60,694 nucleotides of DNA, filler included, from Nemertoderma westbladi (GCA_032718475.1; 2 parts of 2 records of this genome joined end to end with filler, not necessarily neighbours in it), one strand, 5' to 3'. Positions 1 to 9,765 are shown, counted from the whole stretch's first letter. The notes: generated by a model from the sequence alone, not told the origin. A program made the numbers and translations.

Positions 1-400
1 CATAGAATAACTAGAGTAACTAAACTAAACATAAATTAGGATGAACAGGTGGTCACGGGTTCGATCCCTACTCGCGACCATTATAAATCCAACACAAAAT
101 AAGTTAAACCAGGGTTCGAATCCTAATCATGAAAATATAAAAAGTAAACATAGAATAACTAGAGTAACTAAACTAAACATAAAATAGGAAAAACAGAAGG
201 TCATGGGCTCAATCCCTATTCGTATCCAGTTTTATGGAAAATAAACAGGAGGTCATAGGTTCAATCCCTACTCGCGACCATTATAAATCCAACACAAAAT
301 AAGTTAAACCAGGGTTCGAGTCCTACTAATGCAATTATAAAAAGTAGGTAACACGGATGCTCACGGATTCAAACCCTACTCAGGGAAAAATAAAAACCAA
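1..400 (+). repeat. Degenerate repeat array with six B-box-like / tRNA T-arm motifs
   Basis: GGTTCGATCCC (58-68), GGTTCGAATCC (113-123), GGCTCAATCCC (206-216), GGTTCAATCCC (258-268), GGTTCGAGTCC (313-323), GATTCAAACCC (366-376). Block 1-34 recurs at 149-182 and block ~44-124 recurs at ~244-324. Confidence 0.8.
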
Positions 401-448
401 CACAAAATAAATAATATAGTAAACTTTCATGTATACCATAGTAAATAG

Positions 449-964
449 CTAATTTAATAATAAAGTTTGTAAAATAGATAATGATTCAGGGAATTCACCG
501 GCTGGACACATGGAAACGATTTTATTACTATGAAATACACTGAAATATGCACGTCCTATATATATTCTAATCGCGCAAAATAATTCGGGGGTATAGCTAA
601 TAAATATTGCTTTATTATTAATTGTATGATGTCCACATTTTTTCATTAATAATTTAAAATTAACACTTGGAAAAATAATAGTTCGTGTTTCGGTATTAAG
701 TTTCAAATTTTGTAATTGCATCCCGATAGTTTGTTTTAAATAAAGCAATTCACTAGCTAAATTATTGCACAGGCCTACAATTGTTACTGCGCCGCTGGGA
801 AATAGCATTATAGTTGAATCGTCACCTTTGTAGATAAACATGTTTGGTTTTAAGCAACTTTGACCTGTAATTTGCTGTGAAATTTTATCTAGTTCAAATT
901 TGGCAATGTTTTTTCCGGTAAACTGTTTATTGGTTATTTCTATTTTGTTGTCCAATTTCTTATT
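449..964 (-). CDS. TBP: Divergent TATA-box-binding-protein (TBP)-like protein; probably the 3' exon of a spliced gene
   Basis: Two TBP-fold repeats. EITN...MLFPSGAVTIVG resembles LQN...LIFSSGKMVCTG. LKLN...SYTPELFCAIRIY...FSVFHSNKIV resembles FKIQN...SYEPELFPGLIYR...LIFVSGKVV. The ORF track starts at a TTG; the frame is open up to a splice acceptor TTATTTTTCTAG (AG at 966-965). Confidence 0.75.
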   Translation of the reverse strand, partial: NKKLDNKIEITNKQFTGKNIAKFELDKISQQITGQSCLKPNMFIYKGDDSTIMLFPSGAVTIVGLCNNLASELLYLKQTIGMQLQNLKLNTETRTIIFPSVNFKLLMKKCGHHTINNKAIFISYTPELFCAIRIYIGRAYFSVFHSNKIVSMCPAGEFPESLSILQTLLLN

Positions 965-978
965 CTAGAAAAATAAAA

Positions 979-3900
979 TTAAATCCTAGTAGGGGGGATT
1001 ACTATTCGTTTCGCCGGTCTAACAAGCTTAGTGCTATAGTGTCCGTATGGTTTGCTGCTATATTTACTACTCCAATATGATTTCGTATCCCAGAGCGTTA
1101 GTGCCTTCTTATAGACATGACCAGTAAAAATTTGATGCTTTCTAGAAGTGAAGGTAGAGTTATAGCGGAAGAGCATTGCCTCGTTTTCAAAACAGTCTGC
1201 ATAATCCTCGTGTGTTAGTTGCTTAGCGACAACCGATCTAGATACTCCTTTGGCGGTTTTCTTGATTGGGGCATCATAGGATTGAAAACTGTAGACCTTT
1301 GGTTTAAGGAAAACCCACTGTTTATACTGCAAACCGCAGCTCTCATCTTTTATGAAGCCGAGAGCCGCTTTGTGTTTAATGGTATAGAGTGGATGTGTTG
1401 TACTGTAGTTGGAAGTATCTAGGAAACCACCCTCAAACATTGCCCGTAGAAAGGTTAGCTGTGGTGTATTAGTTACGCTTAGCATTAGAGAATCCGTGTC
1501 ACCGGCTAGACAACGAATCTGGCAATCCAGTTTTTGTTCTAGAGGCTTCAGTTTGTTGTAAAATAGGTCGTACATCTGTAGCTTAGATAGATCTAGTATA
1601 GTGCAACCGATGAACACGCCCTGATTTAGGCAAACAGCCTCTTTAGTGAAAGTATGACCACTCAAGTTGGGGGTAAATACAACAAACGATTCGTGATTGG
1701 GCTTGGCTAAGAGCAAATCGCATTGTTCGTCGCTATTGCATAACCTGAAAGAAACGCGGTCTCTAACCTTTTGGAGGCATTTCCCATACAAGGCATTGTT
1801 CATCAACTTATAAAATAGGACCTCGAATGGGTTATTTGCCGACTGTCTTTTATTTGTATTAAAACTAATGTAGTCCTTGAAAATATATTTTTGCGAGAAA
1901 GAGTAGACCCTATGTACTTGTGTAAGTTTAAGACCGAGCTTCAAATAGAGTTGAAGTAGCTTAATATGGATACCGTATTCAACCTTATTAAACTGATGTA
2001 GTAGTAGCTTAGTACAGGTATCGTTGTATGGTCTACAGGTAGCCGTATCGGTGAGATTGTAATGCTCCCAAAGATCTTCCATGTATTCGCTAAGAAAGGA
2101 TTTAGGGACTGACATCTTCTCCGCTCCTAGAGGCAGATCGGCGGTCAAATCATGAATTTCTTTCGGATAATGTAGATCAACTATGCAATAATAACCAGTA
2201 TCCCCACTCGCGTCTACTGTAGCTAGGTCTATGGGGGTAGTTACGAGTTTAATATTAGCGTATGGAAGTTTCTGGCTCAGGGCGCAGCCGTAAAGGTTAT
2301 TCGCATCGATGGGAATTAGATATTTCTCGGGGAGACTGGAGTCATAGTCGGGTTTATCGGGGATATTTGCGTCTACGGAATGTGTATTCAAGAAAACTAG
2401 ACCTCCCCTAATATTTGCTTCAAAGTCCGAGTAGATGGAAGCGTCTGATAGTAATTGAATTTCTGATTGCGTGAATTTCAGCGCTGCGTCGTAAGTTAAT
2501 CCAGGGGCAGTGAAGTACATTACGGGCTCGAGTCCATAATTAGTAAGACAGAGGGATCGGAACTGCTCGAAAGTATCAGCCAATAGGGTAACATCTAGAA
2601 CCAAATAGCCAATCATATAGTCAAAGATTGTTAGACAGTTTAATTCATCCCAAGTAGTAAGCGCGCGCTGATAGTTTTCTGCGCTACATTGTTCCAATTT
2701 GAGATCATTATAGAAGCTTTCTAATGGGGGGAGTGTAGTTTCGTATAGGTTTGAAATATTTTGAATGTAGGAATATGGGAATACGCCCTTGTTTTTTATT
2801 GTGTTATCGCTAATGTTGGGGTAGAGTTGGGTCATTTGAGCTAGTGTATGGGGTATGGCTGTTGCTAGGTTACTGTTATTTTTAGTGAGATAGCTACTAA
2901 GATTATCTAGGCTGGCAGTCATAAACTGATAGGAATCTAGAAAATTAATGGAGATACTTTCTTTAGCGTTGGCTGTTGGTGTACTCGGATCGATTGGGAA
3001 GCTAACTTTAAGGTGAATATAAGTTTCGGTGTTTTTTGGTATTACGGTCATTTTCCAGTGTGTTCTAGAACTATCGGTCATTCCTTCTTTTAGTAGTAAA
3101 TGCATATCGAATTTCCTCAGGTTATGAAATATAATATAAAAATTATTCCGTTTTAGGGAAAGTTTCCTGTTGCAGCTGACGCAAGCAGCCCCCCGATACT
3201 CCCCGCTATAATGATCGTGATCGCGGACTTTGGTGCTGAGATTGTCATTGAGGTTTAAATTATGAGAATCGGGGGTTAAATTACAGTTGCAGACGTAGCA
3301 TTGTGTAGCGTTATTAAAGTCAGTTTGTTGGCTAGTAGTGAGTTGCATGGGGGCGTGCGTGTTTGTACTAGAAATGGACCAATCGTATAACTCCCTACAA
3401 TGACTTTCCATAGCGGTTAGAAAGTCGCGCATTACGTGGTTACTGCCATCGTCGCGGAAAATTTGAACATCTGTTTTAGGAGGGTTAATTAATTTTTGAT
3501 TTGGTACTGTATAAAAGGCTGCCGCGCTAGCTATATGTTTCTGTGGGAGTTTAATATTGTTTGTAGGTTCTAGAATAGTTTCAATGTCGGCGTATATACA
3601 GAAAGGCGGGGATAGAGTCTTATCGTACCTATCAAATTTAACCAAGAGATTTTCGGGCATATACTCGAGTTGGCGTTTACCCGTATAGCAACGCTCTCGA
3701 TGTTCTTCCAATGATTTGTCAGTGTAAAAGCCTCTGAGACAGCGTTCGCAGTGCGTCTTGTTACCGTTAGAATCTTTTGAATTTATTAATCTATCTATGT
3801 TAGTAATAGCTACGTAGTGGGCAGGGTTTTTGGTTGTGGCTTCGATAAATAATAAGTTTAGTACAGTTTTACCGGAACAGTGCGCGCTATCTGGTTGACT

Positions 3901-5031
3901 TAGAATGGAGAGTTCTTCCGTATTACTCCAATAAAGAAGGTTTATGCAGTATATAGGGTTGGCTTTCAGAAACTGGGGAATACCAGTTACTCTGTCCACC
4001 GGAAAACTTAAATTCGAAAAATCAAACATGTTTAGGAAAGGAGTAAACGTTGAAATTCTACTAATATTATTTTGTTTTCTATCAATTTTCTTATAATTTG
4101 CGGCGGCCAATACTGCATATTTAAAGCATTCCCCCAGCGGGCAGTCTACGCTTACGGTACATTGTTTATTTAATAATAATTTAGATTTATTGAAGCCTTG
4201 ACCCTTTAAATAGGGGTTGCGTTGGGAACGCGCAATCTCAATAGTTATTCGCTCGATGGCTATTATGCGCCAACCCGAGCCGAGACAGAGAAACACGCTT
4301 AACAGTTGATCGATACGATTGACGGCGCTAGAAAACCAGTTATTAAAGTCGCTATTATTCAGAATTTGATTATTGTTACCGCTAGATTTAAAACAGAAGG
4401 ATTCAATTTGAAAACCCTCGCTGGTTTCACGCTCCATTACGATGTTGATTGTAAGCCAGACTCTTAAAAAAGTTCCCATGGCACTACGTAAATGGCTACT
4501 AACGTGTTCTTGAATGTGTGGAAAATTTTCGTTTAAAGTTAATTCTGCGTCGAGTCTTGTTTCTGCGAGGTCGTTGTTATAGGTAAACAGTCGTCCGTGT
4601 GCGCTTCCGTTGGAGGGTGGTTGAAATGGATTGTTTGGGGAAATAGAATCTCGCGAAGTTGAAGGTTCGTTATTGGAGCCGCCGCCGCCGACTTGTTCTG
4701 GAGTAGAGTTGATGGGGGATGAGTGGGAGGTAGTCGGAGTTTTGCGTTTCCGCGAAAAAAGTCGAGTGTAGCATTCATGCCCAGAAAAGGATGATAGGGT
4801 GAGCGAATCCCCGCAGCGGCAATCGGCTGGCTCGTTTACGTAACTAAATCCTGTTCCCCCCTGAGGACACGAAGCAAGATGGCCAACCAGCGTCTTCTTT
4901 TCCGAAGACCAAGTCGGACAGCAGTCGCATCGATATTGCACGAAATGAGTTTTAATATGGCGAGATAAATTATCACTCCGCGTCTCTTTGTTGCAGATGG
5001 GGCAGCTGACTTTATTGGTAGACATAGGCAT
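979..5031 (-). CDS. pPolB: Protein-primed family B DNA polymerase (Polinton/adintovirus type), 1350 aa, with N-terminal zinc fingers and an inserted EndoVII/HNH-like domain
   Basis: ExoI YADIET, ExoII FHNLRKFD, KGVFPY, ExoIII YLVLDV, motif A DANNLYG, motif B KLMNNALYGK, motif C GDTDS. Also a GSGW motif, C2H2 finger CPIC..HIKTH, CERC..HRERC finger, and CYVC..RDHDHYSGEYRGAACVSCN (EndoVII-like, ~3165-3302). Uninterrupted ORF. Confidence 0.95.
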   Translation of the reverse strand: MPMSTNKVSCPICNKETRSDNLSRHIKTHFVQYRCDCCPTWSSEKKTLVGHLASCPQGGTGFSYVNEPADCRCGDSLTLSSFSGHECYTRLFSRKRKTPTTSHSSPINSTPEQVGGGGSNNEPSTSRDSISPNNPFQPPSNGSAHGRLFTYNNDLAETRLDAELTLNENFPHIQEHVSSHLRSAMGTFLRVWLTINIVMERETSEGFQIESFCFKSSGNNNQILNNSDFNNWFSSAVNRIDQLLSVFLCLGSGWRIIAIERITIEIARSQRNPYLKGQGFNKSKLLLNKQCTVSVDCPLGECFKYAVLAAANYKKIDRKQNNISRISTFTPFLNMFDFSNLSFPVDRVTGIPQFLKANPIYCINLLYWSNTEELSILSQPDSAHCSGKTVLNLLFIEATTKNPAHYVAITNIDRLINSKDSNGNKTHCERCLRGFYTDKSLEEHRERCYTGKRQLEYMPENLLVKFDRYDKTLSPPFCIYADIETILEPTNNIKLPQKHIASAAAFYTVPNQKLINPPKTDVQIFRDDGSNHVMRDFLTAMESHCRELYDWSISSTNTHAPMQLTTSQQTDFNNATQCYVCNCNLTPDSHNLNLNDNLSTKVRDHDHYSGEYRGAACVSCNRKLSLKRNNFYIIFHNLRKFDMHLLLKEGMTDSSRTHWKMTVIPKNTETYIHLKVSFPIDPSTPTANAKESISINFLDSYQFMTASLDNLSSYLTKNNSNLATAIPHTLAQMTQLYPNISDNTIKNKGVFPYSYIQNISNLYETTLPPLESFYNDLKLEQCSAENYQRALTTWDELNCLTIFDYMIGYLVLDVTLLADTFEQFRSLCLTNYGLEPVMYFTAPGLTYDAALKFTQSEIQLLSDASIYSDFEANIRGGLVFLNTHSVDANIPDKPDYDSSLPEKYLIPIDANNLYGCALSQKLPYANIKLVTTPIDLATVDASGDTGYYCIVDLHYPKEIHDLTADLPLGAEKMSVPKSFLSEYMEDLWEHYNLTDTATCRPYNDTCTKLLLHQFNKVEYGIHIKLLQLYLKLGLKLTQVHRVYSFSQKYIFKDYISFNTNKRQSANNPFEVLFYKLMNNALYGKCLQKVRDRVSFRLCNSDEQCDLLLAKPNHESFVVFTPNLSGHTFTKEAVCLNQGVFIGCTILDLSKLQMYDLFYNKLKPLEQKLDCQIRCLAGDTDSLMLSVTNTPQLTFLRAMFEGGFLDTSNYSTTHPLYTIKHKAALGFIKDESCGLQYKQWVFLKPKVYSFQSYDAPIKKTAKGVSRSVVAKQLTHEDYADCFENEAMLFRYNSTFTSRKHQIFTGHVYKKALTLWDTKSYWSSKYSSKPYGHYSTKLVRPAKRIVIPPTRI

Positions 5032-6065
5032 CTTGAATCTAGAAAAATAAGTTGATTATTCGTAAAAAAAAAATAAAAAATACTGTATACTTGCTAAAAA
5101 TAAAGTAAAACAGTAGGTATTAATCGGTTACTAGGCAACAATACTGTGTTTATATAGTTAGGCCTATTGCTATATTGTAGCAATCAGTCAGTGAAACATA
5201 AAGCAGGCAGTCGGCAGTATCTAGTGTGGAAGTGTTAGTGTACCAGCGGTCAGATAGTGGCGATAGCCAAGACACAAAAGCGATGCCAGTTATTATTCGT
5301 GGAAAGAGGGTCTATAAACAGCAGTCAGTCAGTGCAGTAGTGCTAGTGATATAGTCTGCTACAAGTCAGACGTACCGGTAGCGTTAACCAATAGAAATCA
5401 ACGATAGGCTTAGCTAATCGCTGTGTGAGATCTCAGTTAGTCAGTAGGATATATAGTGAAAACTGCAGTATTCATTGTTGTTCAGTAGGGTCTATATCGT
5501 TACTACAGTGGCACTAGGCTAACTCGAATGATGCGGTACCGATAGTCAGGTAGACAGGCAGATAGACAGATGTAGGCCTATTGATCGAATGCTTCGATCA
5601 CGGTTTAGGCTATCGGTATCACCGCAGTCTGATAGTAATTAATAATGAGCCTACTGCAATACTGTTGTACCGGTAGACATTAAATGTAAATTGTTTGCTA
5701 CCGGCATCGAAAGTATAGCTAGATAGTGGAAGGCAGATTTTACTTACGGTGTTAGTAAATATTCACGGAAAGATGAAGTTCGCGAAGAAGTTGGTTGACG
5801 TGGACGACGAGAGAGTTTATTAATCGATAGAGCGGAATGGTAGGTATCGGAAGAATATTACGCGGCGGATACGCGGAAAGTTTGTTGTCGACGATGAGCG
5901 TTAACGCGGCGAAATGACAATAATACAACTCTACAAGTGGGTTGTTGACTGATGATAACAAATAAATATTCTTAATAAATAATATTAAATTCGAAAACAA
6001 AATAATGGTAAATGATGTTAATTGTAAATTGCAATTGAATTAATGACCTAATATATTGATGGGGA

Positions 6066-6190
6066 CTTATTAAATAGCAATTCGGTTAGTAGGGGAGGCC
6101 CTTGTCTCTTAAATGAGCCAATCAGAGCGCAGCAGCAGAAATGAAGCCCGCTGATTGGCTGTTCGCGCAAAAGCGGTTACCAAGGCAACT
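6066..6190 (-). promoter_or_regulatory. Putative promoter for the PolB transcription unit (CCAAT x2, E2F-like, RFX X-box, TATA-like)
   Basis: GCCAATCAG (CCAAT at 6118-6122) and inverted CTGATTGGC (6151-6159), TTCGCGC (6162-6168), GTTACCAAGGCAAC (6176-6189) and minus-strand TATTTAA (~6075-6069). A minus-strand GTAAGT donor at 5747 and an acceptor just upstream of the PolB ATG suggest a noncoding leader exon. Confidence 0.45.
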
Positions 6191-6764
6191 TCTCCTGTTG
6201 ATTCTATATTAGAAACCCCTGTAGGCATCTTGACTAATTATGTTGAGTTGGCTGTATAACAGAAGCAGGTCTGGTGCAAAGGAAAGGGATTACTAGAGAG
6301 GAATGCGTGATTAAAGGCGCTTCATTGTTATGATACGGGCTGCCTGGATATAGGAAAGGGGCAAAGCGACGCCGGCTATGCCGAGAACAATGGAGGGCCG
6401 CTTGAGCATTAGCCTTGGGCGATATACGGATTTGCTGTAGTCAAGGCCGCCTGGCGCCATTGAATAATGAAGACAAAGGGGCTGCTAACAGACGGGACCG
6501 CTCATTTATATTTGCCTTGGGGGTATACGTATAGAAGATTCACTGCATGTTGTATCTAGTTAATGAATAATGAGGACAGAGGAGGGGCCCCCCCCGCCGA
6601 TGAACGCAGTTGATAGTTGCCAGTAGGGAGCCGTATACCATAGCCATTATAAAGTTAAAAATAGATATTATGTCATAGTGATCTCGTTGGTAATATAAAA
6701 ACTAATTAATCTAAAAATAGAAATCAATGTATAAAGTAAAAGTAATATATACAATTAATTAATT

Positions 6765-7550
6765 TAAAATAAAGTACAAATGAATAAATACGAATAAAAT
6801 AAAATGCAAATAATTAATTAAAATTAGGTACAAATAAATAGTTAAATTGAAAATAACAAAGTTAGAGAAGATGTTAATTTTCAGATAATACGCCCTCTAG
6901 CGGCAGACTATGGAACTGCAGGCGGTTGGATATATGTAAGAGTAATTAGTAATCAGAGCTGTCACGGGGTGGGGGGGGGGCAGGGGCGCTTGGATACAAC
7001 TATCATTAATATGCTCTTGCTTGGTTAAAGCTAATTGAGGGGTCAAAGGTCAACGAAAAAGCTGTCTGGATATAGATAAGAGTAATTAGTTACCAGTAAG
7101 GGAGCTGTATACCCATAAAGTACAAATGAATAATTAATATAAAATAAAGTACAAATGAATAAATAAAGTAAAATAAAATACAAATAATTAATTAAAATTA
7201 GGTACAAATAAATAGTTAAATTGAAAATAACAAAGTTAGAGAAGATGTTAATTTTCAGATAATACGCCCTCTAGCGGCAGACTATGGAACTGCAGGCGGT
7301 TGGATATATGTAAGAGTAATTAGTAATCAGAGCTGTCACGGGGTGGGGGGCAGGGGCGCTTGGATACAACTATCATTAATATGCTGTTGCTTGGTTAAAG
7401 CTAATTGAGGGGTCAAAGGTCAACGAAAAAGCTGTCTGGATATAGATAAGAGTAATTAGTTACCAGTAAGGGAGCTGTATACCCATAAAGTACAAATGAA
7501 TAATTAATATAAAATAAAGTACAAATGAATAAATAAAGTAAAATAAAGTA
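6765..7550. repeat. Tandem duplication (~370-374 bp unit, 2 copies) in the Polinton subterminal region
   Basis: CGCCCTCTAGCGGCAG at 6891 and 7265, GGTCAAAGGTCA at 7041 and 7411. The copies are near-identical apart from poly-G length. Confidence 0.95.
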
Positions 7551-7623
7551 CAATTAATTAAAATTAAATATAAATAAATAAGTATTAATGAATAAAAGAG
7601 CTGCGGTGTCACTTATGACACCC

Positions 7624-7929
7624 TCTTGCTCCTCTCGGCGACAGTTAGACATCACTGATGACCCATTGTGTGTCAGGGCGCTAATCAGTCTGATTAATTA
7701 GGATAATCAATTAAACCCTAATTAGGAGTCATATGACACCTGTTAGGGTTTAATTGTACTAATTAATTGATGACACCTGTCAATTAGGGTCTAATTAGCC
7801 TAATTGGGAGGTGTCAGCCAGACAGTCTGGCGCCAATGACACCCAATGACACCCATAGGGTGATAATTGGGTGTCATATGACACCCAATGGGTGTCAGTG
7901 AGGTCTAACTGTCGCCGAGAGGACCAAGA
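7624..7929. repeat. Terminal fold-back (inverted arms ~7624-7675 / ~7879-7929) with multiple TGACACC motifs
   Basis: TCTTGCTCCTCTCGGCGACAGTTAGACATCACTGA pairs with TCAGTGAGGTCTAACTGTCGCCGAGAGGACCAAGA (2 mismatches). Perfect palindrome ATTGGGTGTCATATGACACCCAAT at 7866-7889. Confidence 0.9.
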
Positions 7930-9299
7930 CCCTACTACTAACAGATGCACTTTGAGACCCCGACTGAACCCTGTACTTTGGCACTGACATACCTACCGGT
8001 AAGGTTTATACTTAACGTGCTTGATAAATAAATAAAATACAATTAACTCTTTATCTTTATTATTGGATTTTCAAGCTTCTACAGTACTTCAACTATTAAT
8101 ATGTTTTGATATTTCTGTAACTTTCCTGCTTCTCTTGAATCGAACAACGAATTAACTAAAATTATCAATTGATAACAATTTAATTTTCTCTTAATCAATA
8201 TCAACAGAAGTATCAATTGATAAAATATCAATTGATATCAATATCAATGGACAAGCCTGTAAATTGGATCAGCTGTTATTTGCTTCTACTTTCCACGGCT
8301 TTAACTATGATCTATCAAAAATCCCCCTATCTGAAAAATTGATGCGTAATTAATATAAGCGCAGTTATTAACTAATTATACTGTACACCATGTTCAGGAA
8401 TATAATGTCGTTATTCAGGTACCTCCCCCCACCCCCCTCCCCCCAAAATTTTTCTACAAATCGTAATGAGATTGCATGAAATTTGATACAGAGATAGTTT
8501 CACCACCCTCATCCTTCCTGGGTGAGCCAGAATTTTTATTTTCGCTTTCATTCTTTAGCTACAAGCGTTTGAAAAAGGTGTCTCTGATGATATTGAACTT
8601 TTTTCACCGCAGTTATTCTTCAACTTTTAGCGATTTGTTGATATTGACGGAAAACTGGCCATGCAAGGTGTGTTTTACAGTAATAGTGTGAAACATATCC
8701 TTATCTTGTAGCCCATATTTCGAAACCTATGAAAACAATTTCTTTTCCTAAAATAATTGCTAATATTTTTTCTGAAGTGAAATATAAAAAATTAAATTTT
8801 TCGCCCATAATTTAAGTTTTTCAGAAAAATTTCCAGAAAAAACTTAATATTTTAAAAATTTAAATTTATTTTTAATGTTCTCCGTGGCGAACTAATTCCA
8901 AATATTTGGTTTTTAGAGGTCTACAGCATCGTAACTAATTGAATTTATAAAAGGAAAATTTAGGAGAAAAGAAGGAAAAAAATGAGAAAAGCACGTAGGA
9001 TTAAATCTCGTTTCGAAAATAATAATGCCAAGTTTCTTGACAAATCTTTTGTGAGATACTAACACTGTAACATCACCAATAACCCCACAATTATTTATCC
9101 CTTCCTTCAACAACCAAGCAAAGTATAAGTTATGTAGCTATTATTATAGGCCAACGATCATTCGATTTTGAGGAGTCATCAGACCGTACAAAGAGAAGAC
9201 AAGTTCAAGAATAATGTACCAATGTGGCACGTGCCAGTCCAACAAATCAGTTGGACATTTGAAACCTATTTGAATTTAATCAGCATCATCATAAAATCC

Positions 9300-9765
9300 T
9301 ATTGTTGAATTGGGGACCAGTCTATCATGACAACCTTTATGTGGCAAGTATTGTAGAACCATGGTTTGTTTCAAATGTGCTATTGAAATGTGCTATTGTG
9401 ACAAATACCACAATATCAATGGCACAATGGTCAAAATTGAAAATTGGGGACCAGTTTCATTGAAATCAGTAACATAGTAAACCTTCATGTGGCAATGTTC
9501 ATGTGCCACAAGCTCTTGTTTCAATGGTGCCATTTATGTGCTAAATACTGTAGCATAATGCGAAAATTGGCACAATAAACAAAATTTAGAGTTGGGGACA
9601 AGTTTCATTGAAATCAACATCATAGTAAACCTTTGTGTAGTAATTTTTGTGGCACCACAAGTCTTGTTTCAATTGTGCCATTTGTGTGCCAAAGGGCACT
9701 GCACTAAAATGGGACAATAATCAAAATTGATAATGGGGGACCAGTTTCATTGAAATCAGCGTAGT
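9300..9765. repeat. Degenerate ~135-150 bp tandem repeat (4 copies), possibly internal to a non-autonomous element
   Basis: GGGGAC(C/A)AGT(T/C)T(C/A)..(TGAAATCA) core recurs at ~9312, 9446, 9594 and 9736. Confidence 0.7.

Larger units (their letters stand above)
1..7939 (-). mobile_element. Polinton/Maverick (adintovirus-like) element, right-hand part; continues beyond the left edge of the window
   Basis: Encodes a protein-primed PolB (979-5031). About 2.9 kb of noncoding, repeat-rich subterminal DNA ends in ...CCCTACTACT at 7939, matching the (AGT)n/(ACT)n termini typical of Polintons. Integrase, capsid and ATPase genes and the other TIR are not in the window. A 6-bp TSD would be AACAGA (7940-7945), which cannot be confirmed here. 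Confidence 0.85.

Noticed and set aside
44-330. Intact tRNA genes
   Set aside because: Only variable-loop, T-arm and acceptor 3' parts are present. The upstream sequence is AT-rich with no D-arm/A-box or complementary acceptor strand.
5752-6000. 82-aa minus-strand ORF
   Set aside because: Non-ATG start and no recognisable motif; more likely noncoding leader sequence.
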